Source: Octopus vulgaris (lineage: Eukaryota). Taken from it: DNA of 64,000 nucleotides. The position numbers were made by a program, and so were the translations under genes. The notes below the pieces were generated by a model. It did not search any database. It saw only the letters and a list, made by a program, of their open reading frames with translations, and was not told the DNA's origin. Below, one piece after another: positions 53,120 to 64,000 of this stretch (position 1 is the stretch's first letter; the number at the start of each line of letters is the position of its first letter). Location: the NCBI GenBank assembly GCA_951406725.2, contig OX597817.1, positions 10,726,001 to 10,790,000 of the forward strand, written 5' to 3'.

Positions 53120-54290
53120 ACACAACACGCCGGACAAAATATTTGGCGGTATTTCGTTCATCTTTACGTTCTGAGTTCAAATCCTGCCGAGATCGACTTT
53201 GCCTTCCTTCTTTTCAGAGTTGATTATATAAGTACTATTTGAACATTGGGGTCAATATAATCGACTATTCCCGTCCCCACAAATTTCAGGCCTTATACCT
53301 ATAGTAGAAAGGATTATTAGGGCAGCGAGCTGGCAGAATCATTAGTTCATCGAACAAAATGTGGAGGCACATTGGCCTAGTGGTTAGAACAGCGGACTCG
53401 CGGTCGAGGGATCGCAGGTTCGAATCTCAGACCGGGCGTTGTGTGTGTATATGAGCGAAACACCTAAGCTCCAAGCGGCTCCGGCAGAAGGTAATGGCAA
53501 ACTTCCGCTGACTCTTTCGCCACAACTTTCTCTCACTCTTTCCTCCTACATCTTGCAGCTCACCTGCGACGGACCGGCGTCCCGTCCAGGTGGGAAACAT
53601 ATACGCCAAGAAACCGGGAAACCGGCCCTTATGAGCCAGGCATGGCTCGAGAAGGAACAAAAGTCGAACAAAATGCTTAACAGCAATTCTTTCGACTCAT
53701 TACACTGTGAGTTCAAATTCTACCAAGGTCGATTTTGCCTTTCATTCTTTCAAGATCGATACAATAAACATCACGTGAGTACTAGGGACTACTGTATCAA
53801 TTAACCCTCCCCCTCGGAATTACTGGCCTTGTACCTACATTAGAAACCATCATTACTATTATTCAAGCAAGCTGGCAGAATCGTTAACGCGTCGAACAAA
53901 AGATTTAGCATTTCTTCCGACTCTTTACGTTCTGAGTTCTAATCTTGGAGAGATCAATTTGCCTTTCATCCTTTCAGGATCGATGAAATATAGTACCAGT
54001 CAAGTATTTGGGTCTATGTAATTGCCTTACTCCTTCCCTCCAAAATTGTTGGTCTTCTTCTAAATTTTGATAGAATTATTATTCAATCTGTCAGAATCGT
54101 TGGAGTATCGGAAAAAATACATTGCAGTGTTTCTTTCGGCTCTTTACATTATCAGTTCAAATCCCGCTGTAGTCAACTGTTTCTTATCTTTTCGAAGTCC
54201 GTAATATAAACCACCTGTCACATACAGGATTCGATAGTATCCACTTACCCACCTCCCTTTAAAAATTGCTGGCCTTGTACCTGAATTAAT
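53120..54290 (+). mobile_element. Cluster of four head-to-tail old SINE-M copies
   Basis: Copies at ~53120, ~53320, ~53868 and ~54087, each ending in an ATT-rich tail. Confidence 0.7.
53362..53663 (+). mobile_element. SINE family V inserted in a SINE-M head
   Basis: 12-bp TSD TCGAACAAAATG (53350-53361 / 53664-53675). Confidence 0.9.
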
Positions 54291-55179
54291 AATTTTAAAA
54301 AATTTCACCAAATTTTGGGAGTATTCGATCCTTGCTCGAGTTTATTCTGGTACTTATCAGTTACAGATAGAGGGAAACCAAAACAAACACCAGCTGAATT
54401 TAAACTCACATTAAAGAAAGAGATGGCATTAACGCTTTACTGTTTCACAAACTGGAATGATAGTTGCGACTTTCTATTAGTGTACAAATGATGTAAAACA
54501 GGCGTTGTTCTACTCATCAGTTTAAGACAGAAAAGTCTGAGAAGCTAACTGATAGCCCTCGAATCATATAGCTATTGCTTCCCCACAAAATATTCCTTTA
54601 CACTGAAAAATCTTAGTTAATTCACTCGTTATAAACAATGATTTCTGAATATACAAGAGGTGCCAACAATATGGTTCCACCACAATGGTATTTCCCAAGT
54701 GGGTTTCCACGAAATGTTTTAGAAATAAATGTATTCACCATACACACACATATACACGCACACACACACGAAAAAATTATTTCTATAATGCAATATTTAT
54801 TTCACTTAATGCCTTTTTCGAATCAGGGTGGTGACTATTATGTGTAAAATATGTGCTTGGGATTTATGATCAATTTGGGAATTACTACCATAGAACTTAT
54901 AAACAAGGTCGTGACATAAACCTCCAGGCTATGGTGTTATCACTGTAGCTTATCATTATAGGAGACTTCAGTTGTTTTATGGGATGAGTAGGGGTGAATA
55001 TAACATTATTACATTCATACCTCTCTCCAAACCCATTTAAGATAGACGTGATGGATGGTGAAGTAGATTTCGAAAAGAATCGAAGATCTACCATGCACTT
55101 GATTCATTAAAGCTGTATCACTTTTTTTATATATAAACCAAAGGACTCCGTTGGGCATGGCTGACCATGTATGTACACT

Positions 55180-55395
55180 TACTCTTTTACTTGTTTCAGT
55201 CATCTGACTGCGGACCATGCTGGAGCACCGTCTTTAGTCGAGCAAATCGACCCCAGGACTTATTCTTTGTAAGCCTAGTACTTATTCTATCAGTCTCTTT
55301 TGCCGAACCACTAAGTTACGGGGACATAAACACACCACTATCGGTTGTCAAGTGATGTTGGGGGGACAAACACAGACACACAAACATATACACGC

Positions 55396-55430
<35 letters not shown>

Positions 55431-55593
55431 CGACGGGCCTCTTTCAGTTTCCATCCACCAAATCCACTCACAAGGCTTCGGTTGGCCCGAGGCTATAGTA
55501 GAAGACGCTTGCCCAAGGTACCACGCAGTGAGGCTGAACCCGGAACCTTGTGGTTGGTAAGCAAGCTGCTTATCACACAACCATTCCTGCGCC
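55180..55593 (-). mobile_element. SINE family C
   Basis: Homologous to 27093-27496. Confidence 0.85.
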
Positions 55594-55865
55594 TATGAAC
55601 TTGTAAAGTTCCTATCTATAGTGCTGGTCTGAGTAATTTTTTTTAAGGAAAAGCCACCAACTGCCTGCGTAGCATGTTCGCAACATGTTTCTCCTTCTTC
55701 CTGCTTCCGATATTGTTCAAGGGTCGATACAGTTTTCCACCCGTGGCATTGCAGGCGAATGTGGAATGTAAGAGACAGGAACAAATACTGCGACACATTT
55801 TGTTCAACGCACTAACAATTCCACCAATGATAATCTGCCGTCCTGAGCTAGTATCTTTCTTTTAA

Positions 55866-56518
55866 CTCTTTAGCATTCAAACCGGCCATATCAAGTTTAC
55901 CAAATATTCTACTTGTTTTGTGTTCAATCTAACTAGATCAAACCTCTCACACCTACCATGCAATGTCATTCTAAAAATAAACAATAACATTATTGAAATC
56001 TCAAGGTAACAAGATAATGTTTAATTAACTCAAAACAATGCGAATAAATAAGCTTTACATTTGAATCTTTTCGGTTTGAACGGCAGTTTTTTCTAGCGGT
56101 GTCATATGAAATTGTCACCCATAATTATGACCCTAGTATCGATCTATTGCATTTCAATCTGTTTTAGGGTTAGGGTTAGTTAGGGGTGGGTGGAAGGGTA
56201 TCTTTTTTTCTTCACAAATATAAATAAACCCAATCTGTTTCTTAAACGAGGGACATATTCATACGGCACGGAATGTCTTTTACCTCAATACACGTCATTG
56301 ATTGGTTGAAATTGCAGAAATTGAAGAAAAAACAACAACAAATATCTTATAAACAATAGAATTTTCTCAATAAAGCCAAGAGAAAAAGATGTTTTATAAA
56401 CACATTCTACCAGTATACGAAGTTTAAAATTTTTTAGTTACCTAGAAATTATGTTAAAAACTGCCGTTCAAACCGAAAAGATCCTTACATTTGACAAAGT
56501 ATTCAGAATGCTAAAGGG
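55866..56518. mobile_element. piggyBac-type MITE
   Basis: TTAA on both sides and TIR C(T/C)CTTTAGCATTC / GAATGCTAAAGGG. Confidence 0.8.
56063..56484. mobile_element. GG-terminal MITE (possibly Merlin-related) with internal TTAGGG repeats, nested in the piggyBac MITE
   Basis: 29-bp TIR G(G/A)ATCTTTTCGGTTTGAACGGCAGTTTTT and a perfect 8-bp TSD TTACATTT. Confidence 0.9.
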
Positions 56519-57171
56519 TTAAAGACCCCGGAAGGATGAAAATTAATCTTGGTGGGGGGGATTTGACCTAAAAACGAAATGAGCCGACACAAAAAACACA
56601 AATCATTTTGTCCGACACCTTAACGATTCAGTCAGTCTACCGCATTTTTGTGCCTTATAATGTAACACACTCACCGGTAAAATGTCCACTTTTTTTCTTA
56701 TTTCTATTTTCCTAAAATTTTCGTTGCCTTCTTGCAACCTTTTCAATAGTTTTGAAAATGAAAATGACTCTCCCCAGACACAACAGAATATGCTTCAACA
56801 CATGAACTCATATAAAGAATCCTGCAAACCAAATCCATAAACGAAATATCATTTCTAGTATTTTGATTGATAGTTATTTTATCGAGCCCCAAAAGGCAAG
56901 ATCGACCTCAGTGGAATTTGAACTCGAAACGTAAAGTCGCAAGAAATGTCGCTTAGCATTTTGTCCAACATGCTAACGATTCTGCCGCTCTTCACCTTAT
57001 AGCTGATGCTAATAATAAATATACCTTTAATTTCTGAAACAGGCTCGACACAAGTTCATTTGAGGAGAGCCGTAATTAAATTATTGGAACTTATTTTATT
57101 GATGCTGATCGAATTTGATATGAAAACGAAAGAGAAATACAATTTAGATGCCGTATTTCACTGCATCTAAA

Positions 57172-58943
57172 TTGTTCGGTGGTCAAAGTAAATGACCACC
57201 TATCGGGACCGCTTAGTATCACACGTTCGGTCCGGCAGGGCTGCCTGCTGTCACCTCTTCTGTATATTCTGGCTCTCGAGTTACTGCTGTGGAAGTTGGA
57301 ACAGTTAAGAGGTCTCTCTTTCGAAATTGGACTTGGGAGGGCAGTGTCTGTATACGCGGACGACGTCGCCGTCATAGTGTCGGACGCTTCCGAAGTGGAG
57401 ACAGACGGCTCTTTTGTAAAGGGATATGAGTCGGTTACAGGGGCTAAAATCAATGCCGACAAGTCAGTGGGATTGCGACTGGGCACCTGGAGAGGCAGAT
57501 CGATGCCATCGGACGACGTCGTCGGACGCTGGACTGACGGACCAGTGAAACTGCTTGGAATCCGATTTGGTCCGGACCTCCAGGTGGATAAGAGTTGGGA
57601 AGAGGTGACGAACAGGGTTACCTCTCTTACCCAGAAATGGGCAGGGAGGAAGTTGTCCCTGAAAGATCGGGCGAATGCCTACATCACCTCTGTCATTTAT
57701 CGTCTGACCGTTGTGCCTTGCCCCAGTTACAGCTTGATTAGATTTGAGTGTATCCTGTTTATTTTCTTGTGGACAGGACGCGTTCCAGTGGTCAGGCGGT
57801 CAGTCTGCTGCCAACTTCCTTTGCGTAGCGGCTTAGGCATGCCATGGGTTTTAATGTGTAGACACGCACTCATGTTGCGCCACTTGCAGCGATTTCTAGA
57901 AGGTGAACGTGTGTGGGCTCCGTTTGTGAGACACGCCTTTCCGCAACTTCTCTCCTTGATGGAGCTGCAGTTTTGAGTAAAGGATAGACCGAGACTGGGC
58001 ACCTGGTACTTAGAGTCGGGCAACAGGATCGGTGGATGTTCTACTCATGATATTTACAGAGGATTAGTAGCGGAGAAGTGCGACGACATCCTCGGGGAAA
58101 CCCTAGGCGTCGATGAAAACGAACTGGCTAGTCTATTCCAGAGGACTTTCCGGTCGGGGACTGTTATGGATAATTTCCAGATGTCTTTGGCCTGGCAGTG
58201 CTACCAGGGGGCGCTACCGGTTCGAGATAAACTCTACAGGCACGGACGTGGGCTGTCAGACGGACTTGTCTGAGATGCTCGCAGAAGGACGAAACCGTCC
58301 TGCATACACTCGTTCAGTGCCTAGGCTTTGCTGACTTGTGGAGTTATGCCCAACAGCTGCTATCGCGTGTAGGACAGAACCGTCTGTCGTCCGAGTCCAT
58401 AATGAGGATTGCTCTGCCGCCTTCCTGTAATCGGGTTGGCAAGGCAGTTTTCCTTAGGTGGCTGTGGCGAAAGAGGTTATCTGGTGGACGAGGCTGAAAG
58501 GAATGAAGACAGAGACTTTCCTCTTTGGTAAAACCCTCATCGACTTTTTCAAGTTTCACTTGAAAAGGAAAGTGAAGGAGGTGCTGTCCCCGACTGAATT
58601 TACCAAAAGGTGGGTGAAAGTTGCAAAAATGGCATGAGTGGATGGTACCATTCTCAGTGTAGACCTGTGAGTCGGAAGAAAGAAGTTGGAATAGGCTCTC
58701 GTCCAGAGTACTCAGAGTGATCTTGGATGGTGGGGTTCCTTGATTATCCTTAGAGGAGGACCCCATCACGATCCTTTCCTCCCCTCATTTTCTAGTGTCA
58801 TATACTATGTATACTTCCCTTCTTCTAATGTATACCGTGTATACTTTTTATTTTACCATTCCATTATATGTAAACCCCCAACACTTTATGTCTGTCTTTG
58901 TATTGTCCCCTCATCCTTCGCCCTGGTGGTAAATAAAAGAAAT
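57172..58943 (+). mobile_element. Tx1/L1-like LINE, 5'-truncated (RT fragment ORF 57179-57976)
   Basis: SVRQGCLLSPLLY, VYADDV and GLGMP motifs. Related to 43551-45865. The 3' UTR ends GCCCTGGTGGTAAATAAAAGAAAT followed by (ATT)n. Confidence 0.9.
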
Positions 58944-58975
58944 CATTATTATTATTATCATTATTATTATTATGA

Positions 58976-59008
<33 letters not shown>

Positions 59009-59099
59009 GTTAATGTTCTTGATTTTATAATTAGCCCTTGTGGCCAATAAACCAGAATTTATTATTATAATTATTACTACTACTACTACTACTACTACT

Positions 59100-59315
59100 A
59101 AGGTGGCGAACTGGCAAAATCGTAAGCACGGCATGCAAAATGCTTAGCAGCATTTCGTCAGTTTCACGTTCTGAGTTCAAATTTCGCCGAGGTCGACTTT
59201 TCCTTGCATCTTTTCGGGATCGATAAATTAAGTACCAGTGAAACACTGGGGTCGATGTAATCGACAAGTCCCCTGCCCCCAATTTTCAGGCCTTGTGCCT
59301 TTAGTAGAAAAGATC
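59100..59315 (+). mobile_element. SINE family M monomer (tail B) between trinucleotide microsatellites
   Basis: Homology to other copies. Confidence 0.8.
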
Positions 59316-59347
59316 ATTATTATTATTATTATTATCATCATTATTTT

Positions 59348-59435
<88 letters not shown>

Positions 59436-60043
59436 GTAGTTGTTGGTTGTGTTGGTGGTGTCGTTTTGATTTTTTCCTTTTAGTTTCTCATAGACACCTA
59501 GAAATCCGTTAATATTGTAATCTGCATTTCTCATTAGTTTTTGTCATCTTTAGGGGAAAGCGCAAAATACAGGGGTTCCGAGTTGTCACATTTCTAATAT
59601 ATGTTCCTTTGGTTAAGCTCCACTGCCTTCCTAATGTCTCCAGTCTCGAAATGTTTTTTTCAGGTTCACACGACTATGTAACGAAAACATCTCTTCTTTC
59701 TCTCAAATATACAAGTGTCCCTTGTGTATATGAAGGCGGGAAGGGATACAGTTAATTCTAGAATCAGTTCTGACGTTGGTACAGTGACTAGAATTCTTAC
59801 AACTAACAGATCAAGCCTATGATTATCAATATATATATAGGATGAGTTTGCGGTAGTCTGGTCAAAATGTTTGTTTTTGTTAATGTTATATAACGCTGTA
59901 AGCCGGCGAGCAGGCAGAATCGTTTGCACGCCGGGCAAACTGCGTAGCAAGCATTTCGCCCGTCTTCGTGTTCTGAGTTCAAATTCCGCTGAGGTCAACG
60001 TTGGCTTTAATCCTTTCCGGGTCGATAAAATGAATACCAGTAA

Positions 60044-60380
60044 GGATATTTTCTTTTTGAAAGCCAGATTTTCCTAGTTAACTAAACAATTTGAAACTTC
60101 GTATACTGGTAGAATGTGTCAAAAGAAAACATAATTGTAAACCAAAATGAAAACGGAATTGTAATTTCTAAGTTTGACGTTGTTTAAAAATTCGAATTTT
60201 AACCAATGATATTCTTTGTTTCGGCCTCATATTATTTACTGCTTCTCAAAATATTGTTACTGTGACGTAAACAGCTATTTTGTGACGTAGTTAACGTAAA
60301 CATGTAAATAGCTAACTAAAATGTAAACATCTCCGCTTATCGTAAACTTCGTGGAGTATATATAAAATTTGTGTAGATCC
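60044..60380. mobile_element. Diverged GG...CC MITE relative inserted in a SINE-M copy (59900-60450)
   Basis: Shares AAACTTCGTATACTGGTAGAATGTG with the 56063 family. TSD not clear. Confidence 0.55.
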
Positions 60381-60847
60381 TAAATAACTACACACACAAT
60401 CGACTTACCTCGTCCCCTAAAATTACTGGCCTTATGCCAAAATTTGAATCATTGTTATATAACGTCTTTTTTTTTTTTGTTAGAAGATATGGAAGTTGTT
60501 TGGTTTTGTTTGCATTCACTGCCAGCAGACTAAACGCTTACTTCATTTGTTATATTGTGTCAACGATTGGCCAAAAACTCTGTTAGTCTCCAACCATCGG
60601 TTTTCGCCAATCAGAAATACATATTGTCTTTACGAAGTCGATTACAATATTAATTATATCCAAAGTCTAAATCCTTCTAAGGGTAATGAAATGATACCAG
60701 CCAAATACTGGGGTCGATCTTCCAGCGTATACACGCCTGAAGCATTTGCGTCCTTTCCCTGTTAGAAATCAGTATTAATTGCATCCTTGGCGTTGCTCTA
60801 TCATTAAAATCCGTCTCGATTTTAGTTCATTGGCAAATGCGTTGGAG

Positions 60848-61066
60848 CAGTGGTTTTCAACCAGGGTTCCGCGGAACCTTAGGGTTCCGCCAGTACAGTG
60901 CAGGGGTTACGCAAGAAGTTACAAAACTGCTAAAATCGGCAGTAATTTTTAATTCTCCTGTGCAGATATGTGTGCATAAGACTATTAAATTATTGCACAG
61001 GGGTTCCTCGAGCCAGTGGAATGTTTCCTTGGGGTTCCGCTCCAGCAAAAAGTTTGAAAAGCACTA
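60848..61066. mobile_element. hAT (Charlie-like) MITE, second copy
   Basis: Reverse complement of the 6858-7029 family. TSD CGTTGGAG/CGTTAGAG. Confidence 0.85.
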
Positions 61067-61376
61067 CGTTAGAGCATCGGATGAAATACTCTGCTGTAAT
61101 TGCACCAGTTCTTTACGTTTTGAGTGTAAATCCCGCCGAGTCAATTTTGCCCTTCATCCCCCCATTCCTAATTTCTCATCCAGTGTCTATATTAGAAATA
61201 CCTTTATTTCAGCTGCAGATTTTGGGGAGAATAGAAAAACAAACATTTTTGTTTTAAATTAAGCATATTTCGATAAGGTCTGAAGGCACAATTATTTTGC
61301 TAAGACCTTCAGTTACCCTGTACACTCTAAACAAATATCCTAATTAAAATCTCCACTTTCATAAATATGTATACAG

Positions 61377-61791
61377 TAGACGCAGGAGTGGCTGTGTGGT
61401 AAGTAGCTTGCTTACCAACCACATGGTTCCGGGTTCAGTCCCACTGCGTGGCATCTTGGGCAAGTGTCTTCTGCTATAGCCTCGGGCCAACCAAAACCTT
61501 GTGAGTGGATTTGGTAGATGGAAACTGAAAGAAGCCCGTCGTTTATATGTATATATACATATGTATATGTGTGTGTCTGTGTTTGTCCTCCTAGCATTGC
61601 TTGACAACCGTCACTTAGCGGTGTGTTTATGTCCCCGTAACTTAGCGGTTCGGCAAAAGAGACCGATAGAATAAGTACTGGGCTTACAAAGAATAAGTCC
61701 CGGGGTCGATTTGCTCGAGTAAAGGCGGTGCTCCAGCGTGGCCGCAGTCAAATGACTGAAACAAGTAAAAGATTAGAAAGATTAAAAGATT
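61377..61791 (+). mobile_element. SINE family C flanked by ~112-bp direct repeat
   Basis: Flanks 61265-61376 and 61792-61904 are near-identical. Confidence 0.9.
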
Positions 61792-62567
61792 ATATTTCGA
61801 TAAGGTCTGAAAGCACAATTATTTTGCTAAGACCTTCAGTTACCCTGTTACACTCTCAACAAATATCCTAATTAATCTCTCCATTTTCATAAATATGTAT
61901 ACAGCCCACTGATCTTTAACTTCTAGCTACATAACTTCTAAGTTTTTACTCTAGAAGCTTGACAAAAATTCGGGCGGAAGAAAAGTTACTACATTACATT
62001 ACTACATTGCATGCATTCCGTTTCGTTTTTATAACTACACTTATTGGTTATGAAAATTCTCAAGTTGCTAATATGAGCTTCAAATTATTATTCTACAAGT
62101 ACGTTCGTTTTATTTCGTTTTCTGGCTTACATGTTGCTGCTGCAGACACTCCTATGAAGAGAGAAGTGTCGAGTTCTGTCCAGATATTCAATAATGTCAC
62201 AACAACAACAACATTTAAGGAGCAAATTAAATCAAATTAAGAGAAATACCTACCATATGTGGCAGACAAACATTACACAGGAGAAATATTACTGGATTAC
62301 GTTTTCCGCTGTTCACACATGCGTAGTGAACGTTCTTAATAATTTCTCTCTCGGCAGAAAAAAAAAAGTGGGGAAAATGCAAAAGGTAAATGAGATTATG
62401 TGAAGTTCTTTCTTTAACTCTTTATCTACCATGGGTATCACTGATGATTCCCGCAGTACAGAATGAATATGACGACTATAATATTCGTTCTGTACTACCA
62501 GGAGTCACCAGTGGTATCCATGCTATAAATCAAAGAGGTAGTTTATATAGTGAATTTCAGCATACAT

Positions 62568-62778
62568 ACTCTTTTACTCTTTTTACTTGTTTCAGTCATT
62601 TGACTGCGGCCATGCTGGAGCACCGCCTTTAGTCGAACAAATTCTTTGTAAGCCTAGTACTTATTCTATTGGTCTCTTTTGTCGAACCGCTAAGTTACAG
62701 GGACGCAAACACACCAGCATCGGTTGTCAAGCGATGTTGGGGGGACAAACACGGACACTCAAACACACACACACACAT

Positions 62779-62833
<55 letters not shown>

Positions 62834-63039
62834 TACGACGTATATATGTATATATATATATATATATACATATATACGACGGGCTTCTTTCAGTTTCCGT
62901 CTACCAAATCCACCCACAAGGCTTTGGTCGGCCCGAGGCTATAGCAGAAGGCATTTGCCCAAAGTGCCATGCAGTGGGACTGAACCCGGAACCATGTGGC
63001 TGGTAAGCAAGCTACTTACCACACAGCCATTCCTGCGCC
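62568..63039 (-). mobile_element. SINE family C
   Basis: Homologous to 27093-27496, with an expanded internal (TA)n. Confidence 0.85.
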
Positions 63040-63421
63040 TATATATAGTTTTAAAAAAATTTTTATGCATAATTTATAACAAAATTAGACCGTTGGTACA
63101 AAAGCAAATATGGCACAAAATGGGCTTGGTAGACAAATCGTTAAATATGAAGTGCTAGTTATGTACTTTGACTTAGGTTTAAGTTTTGTAATATCATTAA
63201 TGATGTTAAGTACATTACCATATTGTTACCAGTCGGTACTCAAAAGTTGTCTTTTTTTTTTTCGAATAGTAACGAATAGTATTGCCGAAATTGTACAGTC
63301 AGAAAATACTCTAGCTCTTAATCGGTTGATAACCCTCTAAAAAGCTAAAGTGTGACCTATATCACTGTACTTCAAACATATGTTTGTGTGTATTGCAGCT
63401 GCTACACACACAAACATCTAT

Positions 63422-64000
63422 TCTTTTTTTATTAAACATGGCAGTGAGGTCAGCACTTAAAGCCTCTGCAGGCGCTCTGTTGCCGATGCGGTCGAGGTCA
63501 TTAACATCTCGCTTAAACTGTAGCAAGTCGACAACTGCAGAAAAGATAGGTTCAGGAAAGTAATTCCAGAAGGCCGGTGTTCTGTGAAGGACCATGTGTA
63601 GTGGTTAGTGCAGGGCCTAGAGTGAAGGACACAATATATATTTCTTTACTACCCACAAGGGGCTAAACATAGAGGGGACAAACAAGGACAGACAAAGGGA
63701 TTAAGTCGATTACATCGACCCCAGTGCGTAACTGGTACTTAATTTATCGACCCCGAAAGGATGAAAGGCAAAGTCGACCTCGGCGGAATTTGAACTCGGA
63801 ACGTAACGACAGACGAAATACTGCTACGAATTTCGCCCGGCGTGCTAACGTTTTAGTGCAGGGCCTAGAGTGATGGACACAATATAGGTTATTAGGGGAA
63901 GCGAAAGAGACGAGTGAATGCTTCGAGCAGTAGGGGCTATTGTAGTAGCTTTAGAAACGATAAAGAAAAGAGACAGCAGTAAATCTATAAAGCTGGAGTG
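63422..64000 (-). pseudogene. Jockey/CR1-like LINE 3' fragment interrupted by a SINE-M unit (63639-63852)
   Basis: RTPAFWNYFPEPIFSAVVDLLQFKRDVN resembles the RTxxLWNxLPxxxF...DLxxFKxxVN ORF2 end, followed by an AATAAAAAAAG tail. Confidence 0.6.

Noticed and set aside
54860-55160. Possible host exon or TATA-box promoter
   Set aside because: Short ORF with no recognisable similarity; TATA-like words are common in this AT-rich DNA.

Overview
This is AT-rich, microsatellite-dense eukaryotic DNA, either intergenic or intronic. I recognise no intact host protein-coding gene, and almost all supplied ORFs are simple-repeat or repeat-element artefacts. The repeat content resembles an octopus/cephalopod genome (inference from the SINE families, not verified). 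The window is a mosaic of mobile elements. There are four tRNA-derived SINE families. Decayed LINE pieces include two Tx1/L1-like elements, CR1, RTE, an RLE-type (R4/Dong-like) fragment and a Jockey/CR1-like 3' end. Penelope-like remnants carry hammerhead ribozyme motifs. DNA transposons include Merlin, Tc1, mariner, Tigger/pogo, hAT, a piggyBac-type MITE and Helitrons. Four observations stand out. (1) One SINE family forms head-to-tail multimers through an invariant junction (AAAGAAATA|GGTATTTC, 15 instances at 7 loci) located at the loop of its own anticodon-like stem, and its 3' tail matches the 3' UTR of the Tx1-like LINEs in the same window; this is a candidate self-targeting or circular-RNA-based SINE/LINE system. 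(2) There are several type I hammerhead motifs, one apparently intact at 9035-9117. (3) A ~112-bp target-site-like duplication flanks one SINE. (4) A long G.U-rich hairpin lies at 62430-62522. Coordinates were read by eye, and degenerate element ends are approximate.
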